Positions 42,518 to 54,635 of a stretch of DNA of 64,000 nt are shown in pieces; position 1 is the first letter of the stretch, and each line of letters opens with the position of its first letter. This stretch comes from Octopus vulgaris. Lineage: Eukaryota. The stretch is from positions 14,508,001 to 14,572,000 of the forward strand of contig OX597837.1 of NCBI GenBank assembly GCA_951406725.2, written 5' to 3'. The notes below the pieces were generated by a model. It worked only from the letters and a program-made list of their open reading frames with translations, had not been told where the DNA came from and did not search any database. The translations under genes were made by a program, and so were the position numbers.

Positions 42518-42718
42518 GTCCTTTTTAAAACACCTCGTCACGTTTCCAGTTCATGAGAGACTCTGTATGAGGTCGGGCGAAAAAAAAATTTTCATTTTTC
42601 TTTCTCTACTCAACTCAGAACTACGACTACTATACACCCACGCAAACCCAAACCTATGTATGTAGAAAACACCACAGCAGGTCTGTTATTCCACACAGTT
42701 TCTTAGTCAATTAACACC
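42518..42718 (+). repeat. Left arm of a ~200-bp inverted repeat (partner 45295-45494)
   Basis: Manual alignment finds about 9 differences in ~200 bp. Confidence 0.93.
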
Positions 42719-42782
42719 CCGTACTCCCACCCTAAATTTCTATACACGTAACAGATATATAGTCAAGAGAGAAAGTAAAGTG

Positions 42783-43000
42783 GTTAAGATACTTGGAGTC
42801 TGGTTCGAACCAGACATCAGGTGGATAATGGAGTGCAATGATGACTATTAGCAAAGTTACTTGTCTGATACAGAAAAGGGAAAACTACACCTGAAAGGTC
42901 GTCGGGTCAGGCTGATAAACGCATACAGCACCTTCGTTATTTATGACACCCAGACTGTCATGTCTTCACCCAGTTTTCATTTACTCGGGTTTCGGGTTGT
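42783..43000 (+). mobile_element. Decayed Tx1-like LINE RT fragment
   Basis: VKILGVWFEPD...KLHLKGRRVRLINAY resembles the Tx1 KILGVWF and LSLKGR...N motifs; contains an in-frame stop. Confidence 0.62.
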
Positions 43001-43131
43001 TGGCGCGTCTTTTCTTTCTTTTATTTTTTTGCTTCTTTAAAAAGGGTCACACGCATTTCATTGATCAGAACATCCAACTTCTACCAACACATTCTGCACG
43101 AACGAGTCAGAATGAGATTCGTCGCTATTGT

Positions 43132-43176
<45 letters not shown>

Positions 43177-43342
43177 TAGTAGTAGTAGTTTAGTTCCCGG
43201 TGGCTTGGCCCCACGCACCCCAGTAGCGTGACTTCTCGACCTGTCGTTCTCCTAGTGACATGGAATTCTCTCATTCACGTTTGAACACGTAAGGAAAGTT
43301 TAAAGAACAGAGGTCGACATCGTTGTTGTTATTGTTGTTTAG

Positions 43343-43672
43343 AGTGAAGGCACGTAGCTTAGTGGTCAGGGTATTCGGCAAGCGAGCGTAAGGTTGTGAG
43401 TTCGATTCCTGGCGGCGGCGTGATGTATCCTTGAGCAAGACACTTTATTTCATGTTGTCCCAGTCCACTCAGCTGGCAAAAATGAGTTGTACCTGTAATT
43501 CGAAAGGACGGTCTTGTCACATTCTGTGTCACACTGAATCTCCCTCAGAACTACGTTAAGGGATACTCCTGTCTGTGGAGTACTCAGCCACTTGCACGTT
43601 TATTTCACGAGCAGGCTGTTCCGTTGATCGGATCAACTGGAACCTTCGTTGTCATAACCGACGGAGTGCCAA
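43343..43672 (+). mobile_element. Full-length SINE, family B
   Basis: A-box TAGCTTAGTGG, B-box GTTCGATTCC, CORE-like TCCTTGAGCAAGACACTTTATTTCA. Confidence 0.85.
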
Positions 43673-43694
43673 TTATTGTTGTTTAAATCTGAAT

Positions 43695-44070
43695 TGAAGA
43701 CAAGTTAACCTTCTCATTATAACACCCCTTATGACGAGAGCAAGTTATCCGTTCCCTGTAACACCCCTCAAGACAGTCTACAACGAAGACGAATGAACAT
43801 TAACATAACATCACTTAAAACAGCCTATAATGAGGGCAAGACAACCTTCCTGTTATAATCCCGCTTAAGGCATTTTATAGGAAGAGCAAGTTAACCTTCT
43901 CATTGTAACAGGTATTGAAACAGTCTACAATGAAAATAGTTAACTTTACTTTCCTTGAAAAATCTTCTCCAGGAGAAGATTGTTAATTTGCCATAAAACA
44001 ACCACCAACGAAAGCGTGTTAGCCTATTCCTTATAACACACATCAAGGCAGTCGACATTAGAGGCAAGTT
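43695..44070. repeat. Degenerate ~45-50-bp minisatellite
   Basis: Recurring CAAGTTAACCTTCTCATT(A/G)TAACACCCC. Confidence 0.7.
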
Positions 44071-45294
44071 TATTGCTATATATAAAAGTAATTTATGTTT
44101 CCTTACTACTTACACCCTTCGCTTCCTATAAAACAGGGACCATTGACCACTTCTCTTCGCTGTTCTCGACTCTGGGCTGTCTTTTAAGGCTTTTCTCTCT
44201 CAAGTTTTGTCGTATTTGAATGGTTATCGATGTATCTTTACTATTTCTATAAAAGGGGTGTCGACCCTATGTAAACTCATTTTTAGTTCTGAGAAGTAGT
44301 GATCTATATTTGTCTGGTATCTATTATCTGACCAGTCCTGCATTGGGAGTCCCCAAGCGGGAGCTTGCGTTCCGTTTACATAGCCCTCAAAGTCAATAAG
44401 GCTCATAAACCAGTATGCACTAACAAGGACTGACCTTTGTTAATAACTAAATTCATGTTTAGTTATTAGCACAAAAATCAAATATAATTTGCAGTTTAGT
44501 TCAGCACTCCATATCGTTGTATTAATTTCATAAACAACGACGGAGCGTCTATAAGGTCGAGTGTTCAATCTTCAAGAAATAGCAGCTAAATTCCGCTCGA
44601 ATCACACGCTTCTGGCAGGGTTATTAGAGCGCTGGACAGAATACTTGACAGTATTTGTTCCAAGCACTCCCACAAAGATTAGCTTTGTTTTCTTCCTTTC
44701 GGGGTCGATGAAAAAAAAAGACCAATGCAATATGATGAATTGGTGTTACAGAATGAAGGCCTGGCACTATTCCTTCCGCCCCTTTGCATTCCGAGTTCAA
44801 AACCTGCCATGGTCTACTTAGCTGATAGATTTAACCAGTCGCCCTCAACAGAGTCCACTCTGTTGCAAAACTCTCGCGACAGGTGTCAGGGTGAGGATAA
44901 CTTCCACGTACAATAAACACTTTAAATGTATTTGAAATGACAGAACCACAGAGAGTACCGGATTTAAAACCAAACATACAGTTTGTTCTGGTTTCGAATG
45001 TATCTGAAGTCAACCCAACCCCTGGGGCCAATCAAATGAAGTGTCAACTTTCTCCCTCCCATTAGTTTCAGATGTCTTATAAAGGATCGTAGGCGCTGCC
45101 TTCCCTACAAACTAGAAGATAAAGATTAAGATAAAACGGCAAAGCATATTGGATAAAGCAGTCTAGAAAAGGCAGAAAAAACGGGACGGTCATGGTTGGA
45201 ATACTTTTGATCATAGGTCAGGTCGATTATGGCCGACCTGGGATACTCAAAAAGCAACATCTGCTACGTGCTTGGAAATTCCGACGGGAAACAA

Positions 45295-45494
45295 GGTGTT
45301 AATTGATTGAGAAACTGTGTGGAATAACAGACCTGCTGTGGTGTTTTCTACATACATAGATTTGGGTTTGCGTGGGTGTATAGTAGTCGTAGTTCTGACT
45401 TGAGTAGAGAAAGAAAAATGAACATTTTTTTTCCCTCGACCTCATACGGAGTCTCTCATGAACTGGAAACGTGACGAGGTGTTTTAAAAAGGAC
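45295..45494 (-). repeat. Right arm of the ~200-bp inverted repeat (partner 42518-42718)
   Basis: Reverse complement of the left arm. Confidence 0.93.
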
Positions 45495-45859
45495 GGTTAT
45501 ATATTCGAGTTCAGGGTAGATACACACAGATTGATAAACACATTCATAGTTGCACAGACACAGAAATAAATACACGGGTAGGAGACAGAAAGATGCTTCA
45601 AATTAGGTTCAAACGATTATTCAGAAGTAAAAAGAAAAAAAAGAGATGAATGGAGGAGAGAAATGGGTAGGCGCTTAATCAATAAACTAAGCATGTTTTA
45701 AGCAATCTCAAGACCTTCAATGAAAGAAAACAGAAACAAAAAAAGCCGACGCTCTGCGAAGCTACGAATGTTGGTTATAGGCTCGGCTCGTGTCCAAGAG
45801 AATACGAGTGTGTGTGTGTGTTCCTCTATTTATACGTGTATGCGCATGAAGGGATGAAT

Positions 45860-45892
<33 letters not shown>

Positions 45893-45924
45893 ACCACACA
45901 TATATATCTATATATAATATATAT

Positions 45925-46145
45925 TGGTTTCAAATGTGTTTGTGAAAGGTCAAAAATTTCGGGCGAGAGGTTAAAATCGATTACATCGACCCTCAGTGTT
46001 CGACTGGTACGTGATTTTATCGGCTCAGAAAGTGAGAAAGCCAAAGCTGACCTCGGCGTTATTTGAACTCAGGGCCTGAAGAAGGGCGAAATGCCTCTAA
46101 GCATTTTGCCCGACGGTTTAACGACTCTGCCGGCTCAACGCCTCG
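45925..46145 (-). mobile_element. SINE family A, diverged
   Basis: TCGATTACATCGACCC...GACCTCGGCG.TATTTGAACTCAG...CTAAGCATTTTGCCCG. Confidence 0.75.
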
Positions 46146-46444
46146 CACCTGTCTGTAATATTAACTGAGAATGTCCCCTGCACTTTTGCTGTTACTCTTT
46201 ATTTGTATTTACATTTGCTTTGGTTTCTGTCTTTCTGTATACATACACATACATCATATATACAATATATACACACCAACATGTAGAAACAGATTGGTAA
46301 CTGTATATATATATATAGATATATATATAAATTTATATAAGTAAGGATAAGATCGTTAATTTATAATAAAGTAACGATTTTATCAAGTGGTCAGCATGGA
46401 AAAAATAACCTTCAAAGGTTATCATTATTATTACGTTTGAAGTT

Positions 46445-46476
<32 letters not shown>

Positions 46477-46637
46477 AGTGTTAAATACATACATGTATAT
46501 AATGTTCATAACGCAGGGGAGAGTGGAAAATTTTATTCCCATCCGAAAACTTCTTTATTCAAAAGTTTTCTACGGCATCTAAACCAGTTTGAGAGATAAT
46601 TCGGTAACCACCACGATAAAGTATCTCTTTCATATCC

Positions 46638-46703
<66 letters not shown>

Positions 46704-46706
<3 letters not shown>

Positions 46707-46759
46707 TGTATAGAGGGCATTATTACACATAAATGTGTAATAATGCCCTCTATACAATA
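46704..46759. repeat. Perfect 27-bp inverted repeat with 2-nt loop
   Basis: TATTGTATAGAGGGCATTATTACACAT-AA-ATGTGTAATAATGCCCTCTATACAATA. Confidence 0.97.
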
Positions 46760-48356
46760 TAAATAAATATTTTCAAGTGAAAAAATTATTTTCGAATTTT
46801 TTCTCTTATGAGGTTTTTCACGCTAACTACCTGATAATTTCTTGTTAAGATTCCTTATTAAGATTTTATCCTTAATTGTTATATGTATATATATATATAT
46901 ATATATACATTTTTTTTAAATATATATATAGTTGGAAGCTGACTCTCAGCTCTGAGCTTATCGTAGTTTGTTTTGTTTGTTTGTTTATTCCCCCGACCCC
47001 CTTTATTCACGCTGACCGTGGTTCACTTTATACACCCGTCATTTTGTCCTTCTTTGGTCTGACTATATTCTTGCACGCTTCTCTAATCTGAAAATCCCGA
47101 CATCCAATATGTACCAACTGAACTCTAATCCTTATCCTCTAAACTAGGACGAGTTAGCGAACGGAACCTGAGTGTGGTGAAACGAATTGCTAAAATCAGT
47201 AGCTACATTACCCTCTGGCAAAAGCAGGCATGTACAATGTGGTCCTGGAGACGGTTGTTTCGAAATAAGATAGGGGTATCAATTGGTTGTCACACATTAG
47301 TCATAAGTCTATATGATCGGAGCTGACCAGGGGTTAAACAACAACAAGAACAGCAGCTTAAGCAAGAAAGCTTCTATGTGATCGCATGACCGGCTAGAAA
47401 CAGCAGCCAGATTCTCATAAAGGAAAAGGAACGGCATACTAGGAAAGATTGCGTGAAATAAGTTATATCTGAAAGCAGGAAGGTTAAGACTGCGGCACTT
47501 TGCCTCTGTCGTGCCATAGGTCGTCTGCTCGATAAAGATTTACCTGTAGCTAAACAACAGCAACAACAACAATCTATATAGGTATATAGAACGACAGTGG
47601 GAGCATCTGTGTGGTCGCCTGATCGCAAGAAATAGCAGTCAAATCTAAAATACTGTCTTATACGTGAGAAATGACAATCTAAAGGGGTTACGGAATTTGA
47701 ACACAGTACGTAGCGGCAGACGAAATACCGCCAGGCATTTCGCCCGGCGTGCTAACCATTCTGCCAGCCCACCGGTTTGCCTCTATAAATTATTGAGCGA
47801 AATATAGTGTACTTGTTGAAATTGTTGTTGTTGTTTAACTTACTGTCAGCCATCGTAGAGCAGATTTAGGTTTAAAGAGATTTTTGCGTTTGCCATTACA
47901 TTTATTTCGGGTTTAAACAATAAAGAATGCCATCTTCTCAAAACAATGCAGTATATGGATGGAAGGAAGATTAGCTACTATTTTCAGGAAGTCGAGTAAA
48001 GTCGTTGAGCTTCCCTTGTCGATGAAATATTTGTTACTACTATTATTCCTGGTCTTGTAGTTGAACCGAAGTAGACCACCCATGATCAAAAGCGTTCCAC
48101 CTAAGACCATCTCTGTGCATTTTCCAGCATAGTGATCTCCCGACTTCGTTATGTAACGTGTTGTGTTTGAGGACAATAGAGATATAGTCTGAAGGAAGGA
48201 CAGCTGCCATTTCTGGCAAGACAAGCGACTGTGTAGATGGCTCTCCCATCGATGTAAATTTTGTAGATTCTAATTGTCGTTTAATAGAGTTTGCTGTTTG
48301 TTGAAACTAATTAGAAATTAGAAAGTGAAATCTCAACTGTGATATTACATACATTT

Positions 48357-48429
<73 letters not shown>

Positions 48430-48531
48430 TCTTACGCGTAAAAACCGCAGCCGACCCACGAACTAACAACACACATACCTTATGGATGTGTGTTCGATTT
48501 TATTTACAGACTATATCTCCACCATAGTGTG

Positions 48532-48785
48532 CCTGGTGTAAAAACAAATTTAAAAAAAAAGACACCTGAAAGTCATTGTCAAGCGAGACAACCCACATCA
48601 GGTTCCTTCTCGACAGACATCGATGTCTCGTCATTGCTTTGACTTATCAATGCTGCAAAAATCAAAGGTGAAAGCATTGATAAGTCAAAGCCATGACAAA
48701 ACATCGATGTCTGTCGAGAAGGAACCTGATGTGAGTTGTCTCGCTTGACAATGACTTACTTTCAGGTATTTCTTTTTACACCAGG
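48532..48785. repeat. Long fold-back hairpin (~115-bp arms, 18-nt loop)
   Basis: 48532-48654 is the reverse complement of 48673-48785; the inner ~85 bp has about 4 mismatches. Confidence 0.95.
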
Positions 48786-48888
48786 CGAATAGGAAATATA
48801 TTCCCTTAACCCTAAAAACCACTGCCGACCCACGAACTAATAGCATAACAACATACATAGCTTATGTATGCGTGTTCGAGTTTGTATA

Positions 48889-48964
<76 letters not shown>

Positions 48965-48969
48965 CATAC

Positions 48970-49261
48970 ATACTATATAATCAGAGTTCAGCAACGATTT
49001 GCTTCACCACACCGAAGTTTAGAAATAGCAGTAAAAAAATCTTAGCTATTCCTTCTACCAAAAAAACCAAAGCAGAAAGAATAGCTAAGCTTTTTTGACT
49101 GCTATTTCTAAACTTCGGTGTGTGGTGAAGCGAATCGTTGCTGAACCCTAATTATATAGTATTACTTAAACTTACCATGAAATGGTATTTTTTCATGCCG
49201 AATTCTACTTGGTGAAATTATTGATTACTTCTTAAATTAATTAATTTCACCCTTTGTTATT

Positions 49262-49262
<1 letters not shown>
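48970..49262. mobile_element. Hairpin-headed element (~88-bp arms, 48970-49162) with a Penelope-like AT-rich end, between (TA)n tracts
   Basis: Arms complementary; second copy of the family at 54636-54820. Confidence 0.7.
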
Positions 49263-49326
<64 letters not shown>

Positions 49327-49331
49327 GCCCC

Positions 49332-49392
49332 GGTAACTGAAGAGATGTTGGTGTGGATTTCCACCTCAGCATCCGAAACTCAGAGTTTCATC
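49332..49392 (+). ncRNA. Hammerhead ribozyme-like motif, slightly decayed (Penelope-like repeat)
   Basis: GGTAA-CTGAAGA-GATGTTG..(GTGGA-ttt-CCAC)..CAGCATC-C-GAAA-CTC-A-GAG-TT|TCATC. Confidence 0.55.
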
Positions 49393-49599
49393 TTGACTAC
49401 CGAATAATTGTCACATATTATATTTACAGATAAATGTCCTCTATTTACATAATATTGAGGTCTCTTTCTTTCTTTTGTTACCTTACCGTTTTTACCAATA
49501 TATATATATATATATATACACATATATATAGTCTACAGAGTCTGTAAATTTTGCCTGTAGTGTGTGCACGATTTTTGTCCGTAGTGTATAGTCTTTGTA

Positions 49600-49630
<31 letters not shown>

Positions 49631-49797
49631 CCATATGTCAGTGTATGATGTCTGAAATTGTATTTCTACCATTTTCCGTTTGCTTCCATTACTCCCAAAG
49701 GGTTCCAATTATAACAAAAGATACCATTTAACTCTAACTCTAATACTAACGGTTTCAAATTTTGGCATAAGGCCAGAAAATAAAAACAAAATTTCAT

Positions 49798-49871
49798 TGA
49801 CTAGTATAGGGCACGAGCCTGCGACATTCGCGTTATTAGCACGACGCTCTAACCAACTGAGCTAACCGGCC
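49798..49871 (-). tRNA. tRNA-Ile(AAT), probable pseudogene
   Basis: GGCCGGTTAGCTCAGTTGGTTAGAGCGTCGTGCTAATAACGCGAATGTCGCAGGCTCGTGCCCTATACTAGTCA; 5' half and anticodon arm canonical, T-loop/B-box mutated; T-runs downstream. Confidence 0.88.
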
Positions 49872-50639
49872 AAAACCCTTAAGCCACCAGAAGCGATCTA
49901 ATCATCCCCTTCTCCAATCTCCTTTCAAACAAAGGATAAGGGTTTCCACTGTACTCAATTGATTTAGTTATTAGAGTAATAACAGCCCTTATTTATTAAT
50001 CCTTTACATTTTATTTACACCACTATTTACCTGTTAAGTTGTGTGGCCTACAGTTGAACTCATAAGAAAATGTCGTGGGTTCGGTTCCTGGATCAGCTGG
50101 CGTGTTGTGTCTTTGATCAAGGCACGATACTCCAGTCAAACCAGCAGCAAATTTGTACCAGGGTTCGAACGGCTCTCTCTCTCTTTTCATCCCCGATGTT
50201 TTGCTGGGTTAAGGAATAACAGGGACTAAAGGATGTCTATGTCTGCTCGCGATTACACAGGCTCCTGAAACAATTAGCAAAAGCATGGTACATGCTCCCG
50301 GGTCATAAGCGCTTGCAAGTTTCTATTTTATTTAGTTTAGTTTTTATTTTCTAAATCCTTCTATTTCGATAAATCCTCGATTCCCTTCCATTCAACTTTC
50401 TACGCAGAAAGGATCTTTTTATCTTTTATCTGTTCCAGGTATATAAAAGATCCGAAACCAATCTTTAATACCAACTTACAAGAGCTTCAATTTATTCACC
50501 AATCTATATACGCATGCGTATCTTACAGTTATATTATGGTCACTTAACCCCAGGTCAATAATAGGCGTGCAAATCTGTGATTAAAATGTCGCAGAAAAAA
50601 AAGCCACAAGACGGATTCTTCTATCCGAACCAACTTGTA

Positions 50640-50790
50640 GGAGACTTGTAGGTAGGCAAAGAACAGAATGGTTGGATAACATCCATAATTTCTGTTGGTC
50701 ACCCCTGAGTATCTAGCCGGAAAGTCTAATGACAGTTGCTTCTCGTAGGACCCTATGGAGGAGGTGCCTGTGAACTCGACCCCACAACCT
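50640..50790 (+). mobile_element. RTE LINE 3' end, decayed
   Basis: GRQRTEWLDNI motif followed by a (GGAT)n tract. Confidence 0.5.
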
Positions 50791-51578
50791 TCCCTGGAAC
50801 AACGGAAAGAGAAAATGGATGGATGGATGGATGGATGGATGGATGAATGGCTGGCTGGATGGATGGATGGATGGATGGACATTCAAACTATAACCATCCT
50901 GTCTTTTTTTTCTTTCGTAGTGTACATAAATACAATATGATTTCAGGGTAGACTTAGCTGTTGTTTCTTGGAAGTCGAAGTGTTGCTAAGTAAAGTATTC
51001 AAACCATTTGTTGTCCGTTCTGATTTATTCGCATCTCCATATTTTACAATGACCATCACTACCCGTCCAGCAGCCGTCCGTTCGTGTATCTTCTGATTTG
51101 GCCAAAACTGAACACCCCAAGACAACGTGATTAATAGTTTCTTGGTATTTACTGCAAATAATCTGTATTTACTGTCTCTCACTTGGTTGGTTTATATTTT
51201 GAAGATAATTATTTATGGCTAAACTCTGTTCTTGTCTGGCAATTATACAGCTTCCTAACTCAGCTTTTAAACAACCATTGGTCTTTCGCATTTTACCTCG
51301 CTCCTGTCCAGTCTTGCTGCATACTGGACACTACAGAGGTTTGTGTTAACACCTAATTTCTACTTTATCTTCCTATTCCAAGTTGCATTTTATTGATTAT
51401 TTCTTTTGGGGGTTTTTTGGCGTATATGTGTGATTTTTTTCCTTACATTTTCAATTGGTCTGCTGTCCTTACCCCCTGTCCTGACCCTAAATGCCTACCC
51501 GTATATATATCTCTAACAACAAAGTACTTTCATTCTCCTCGATTATATCACTAATCTCCAAGCTGTCCTTACACCCAG

Positions 51579-51609
<31 letters not shown>

Positions 51610-52469
51610 CTTCTCTCTCTCCCTCCCTCTCTCTCTCTCTCTCTCTTTACCTGCCATCCCTACAAACATTGGTGATCATAGAGCTCCATACCAAAGTCCG
51701 GAAATTAATTATTCTTCTTGCAAAACCATACTGTATCTAAGAGGGTACGATCTACACACTGCCCATCCGTTTACGTCTGTCCACGGCACGCATCCGGTCA
51801 AAATTATACACTGCCTCTACAAGGTTAACATGTATACACTGAGCAAATCCAGTTATGGTTACACACAACCTACCTGTTAAGATCTATACCCTATCTTTTT
51901 GTTAAAATCTATGTATTGTATATACCTAGTTCAGATTACACGCTGTGTATATCAGGTCAACATCTACACACACCGTGTCAATCCGTTAACATTTGTGCAC
52001 TGTTAAGATTATTCGATGTCTACAAGTTTTCCATCGACACACTATTTGTCTGTTAAAAATCTATACACAGTGTGTATACAGTTAATATTTTATTCTGTGT
52101 CTACCAGGTCAGCATCCATACACTGCATCTATCCGTTAACATCTGCACACTGTATATATAAATAGTCAATATATACCCAGTTAAGATTAAACATCGTTTG
52201 TACATATTGTCTACCAGGTCAGCATCTATATACTGTATCTACCCAGCGTTTAAATAGGCCAACCTCTACACAGTGACTGTTAACATTTAATACACTGTGT
52301 CGATCCATTAACTTCTAGACACTGCATCAGTCCGGTAGTTTGTTAAGACATGGACACACGGAGCAATAACCCGATTCCCTGCGGGTGTAATGGGAGGGCA
52401 ATGCTAATCCATGCACGTTCTTTGTGTGTTTGTAGGAGCCCCAGAATGTTATTCTTCCTGATGGCTCGT

Positions 52470-52620
52470 TCTATTGTCTTTCTTGTCTTGAGACAGCATT
52501 CACCCGGGGTGGGTTGAGCTGGCTTCATTCATCCTCAATGCTGCATCTCTCACAAACGCCGACCAGGCCTGGCGATTTGAGGCTAACGACCGCGTGATCT
52601 CCAACCACTCCTTATTCCTG
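52470..52620 (-). mobile_element. RTE-like LINE 3' terminus
   Basis: Minus strand NKEWLEITRSLASNRQAWSAFVRDA...PG* then CAAGACAAG tail. Confidence 0.65.
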
Positions 52621-53095
52621 GTTCTATTGCTATTAAGACAGCTTCGTTTCTATACACTCAACATCTACACACCATATCTACCCGGTTAATATGCCGGGTC
52701 TACATACTCAGTGTGCCTATCCATTTAACACGTACAACCCGCATTAATCCAGTCAACAATACGGTGTGTTTATTCAGTCAACATTTACACACTGAATGTA
52801 TTCACATAGCATGTATACACTGTGCCTACATATTCAACATCCCCTTACATCCATCCAGTCAACATCCACACAATATGTCTACCCACTTACCGTGTACGCA
52901 CTAAACATTATTTCTCCACTCGACACATACACATGACCCCGTTAATATATACACACACTCTCTGTCTCTCCGGTTAACACCTACGCAATGTATCTACCCA
53001 GCTACTATATATACTTTATTTCTCCGATCAACATCTACACACTGCGTTTATCCAGTTAACCATATATATACATAAATATATACAAATATATATGA

Positions 53096-53350
53096 TATAA
53101 ATGCGCCCTTTTAAAGCCTAGCCAGGCTCGTGGGCCCGGTTTCCCGGTTTCTATGGCGTATGTGTTCCCCAGCTGGACGGGACGCCAGTCCATCGCAGCG
53201 TTACTCATTTTTGCCAGCTGAGTGGACTGGAGCAACGTGAAATGAAGTGTTTTGCTCAAGAACACAACGCGTCGCCCGGTCCAGGAATCGAAACCACAAT
53301 CTTACGATCATGATGCTGACACCCTAACCACTTAGCCACGCGCCTCCACA
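53096..53350 (-). mobile_element. Well-preserved full-length SINE, family B (CORE-like plus V-like domain)
   Basis: GGCGCGTGGCTAAGTGGTTAGGG A-box; GGTTTCGATTCC B-box; GTGTTCTTGAGCAAAACACTTCA; CTGCGATGGACTGGCGTCCCGTCCAG. Confidence 0.88.
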
Positions 53351-54039
53351 CACACATAGTTTTCTTCAGCATACTGTATTTATCCAGCCAATACCTCCAC
53401 AATGATGTATCTACCCGGCTACTATGTATAGACTCTTTCTCCGGTCAATAACAACACCCTGTGTCCATCCAGTAAGCATATACACTCTTTGTCCACCCAG
53501 GAAACTTATACAACAAACTGAGCTTATCTATTCAGCATCAACGACAGATGTTTGTTGTGTCAACACCTGAAGACTGATTAACTAATCAGCGTCTACAGGT
53601 AATGGCTGTGTCGGTCGATTCGTAGTACATACCAGTCGTACACTCAATGTACATTTTTAATACAATTAGTAATATTTTCTCAGAGCAATTAATGTATTTA
53701 TAATGATTGTTCAGCTTCCCAATCCTTGTGAGGAAGGGTCAGCATTTATGAGTTTACCATTATTAATTCCGAATTAGTCACCCTTTGCTGAAGTTACAGA
53801 GATATGAGAACTTTTGACTCAAAAGTCTGACTCTTGCGATTTGGTCATTTCCAATCCTCCGCCGTTTGTAAAACCCAATAAATCAAAATCGTCAGTCGAA
53901 TGAGTAACCGTTTGTTCCATTCTTGCAGTGGTTTCATCGCAGACCAACTTGATATTTGACTAACTTTGATTAAAATCTTTTTAGCCTTTGGACACCCATT
54001 ATTGGTGTCTTACACACCACACACACACACACATACTTA

Positions 54040-54086
<47 letters not shown>

Positions 54087-54358
54087 ATATAATATAATAT
54101 AATATAATATAATATAATATACATATATATGTATATACATAACTTGTTTTAGTCATAAAACAACAGCCATGCTCGGGCACCGCTTTCAGGAAATTGGTCG
54201 AAGAAATTAACCCTGTACTTTATTTTTTTTTAAGTCTAGTATATATTCTAGCGATATATTCTAGCGATATATTCTAGCGATGTATATGTATATATATATT
54301 TCGTTTTGGGATTTGGTTTGCAAGATTCTTTATATGAGTTCGTGTGTTGAAGCATATT

Positions 54359-54545
54359 CTGTTGTGTCTGGGGAGAGTCATTTTCTTTTTGTGCCTTATA
54401 ACGGACAGAGTCAAGACTATTGAAAAGGTTGCAAGACGCAACGAAAATTTTAGGAAAATAAAAATTAGAAATAAGTGGAAATTTTACCAGTGAGTGTGTT
54501 ACATTATAAGGCACAAAAAGAAAATGACTCTCCCCAGACACAACA

Positions 54546-54546
<1 letters not shown>
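54359..54546. repeat. Perfect 43-bp inverted repeat with ~100-bp spacer
   Basis: 54359-54401 is the exact reverse complement of 54504-54546. Confidence 0.96.
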
Positions 54547-54612
<66 letters not shown>

Positions 54613-54635
54613 TATATATATATACACACATATAC

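Larger units (their letters stand above)
51750..53500. repeat. Degenerate ~30-bp minisatellite (GTTAACATCTACACACTGTGTCTACCCA), interrupted by LINE and SINE insertions
   Basis: Recurring CATCTACACAC and GTTAA motifs. Confidence 0.75.

Noticed and set aside
53560-53605. CTGAAGA plus stem (hammerhead-like)
   Set aside because: GAAA and stem III are missing.
53815-54005. About 60 open codons on the minus strand
   Set aside because: No start or splice signals and no recognisable motif.
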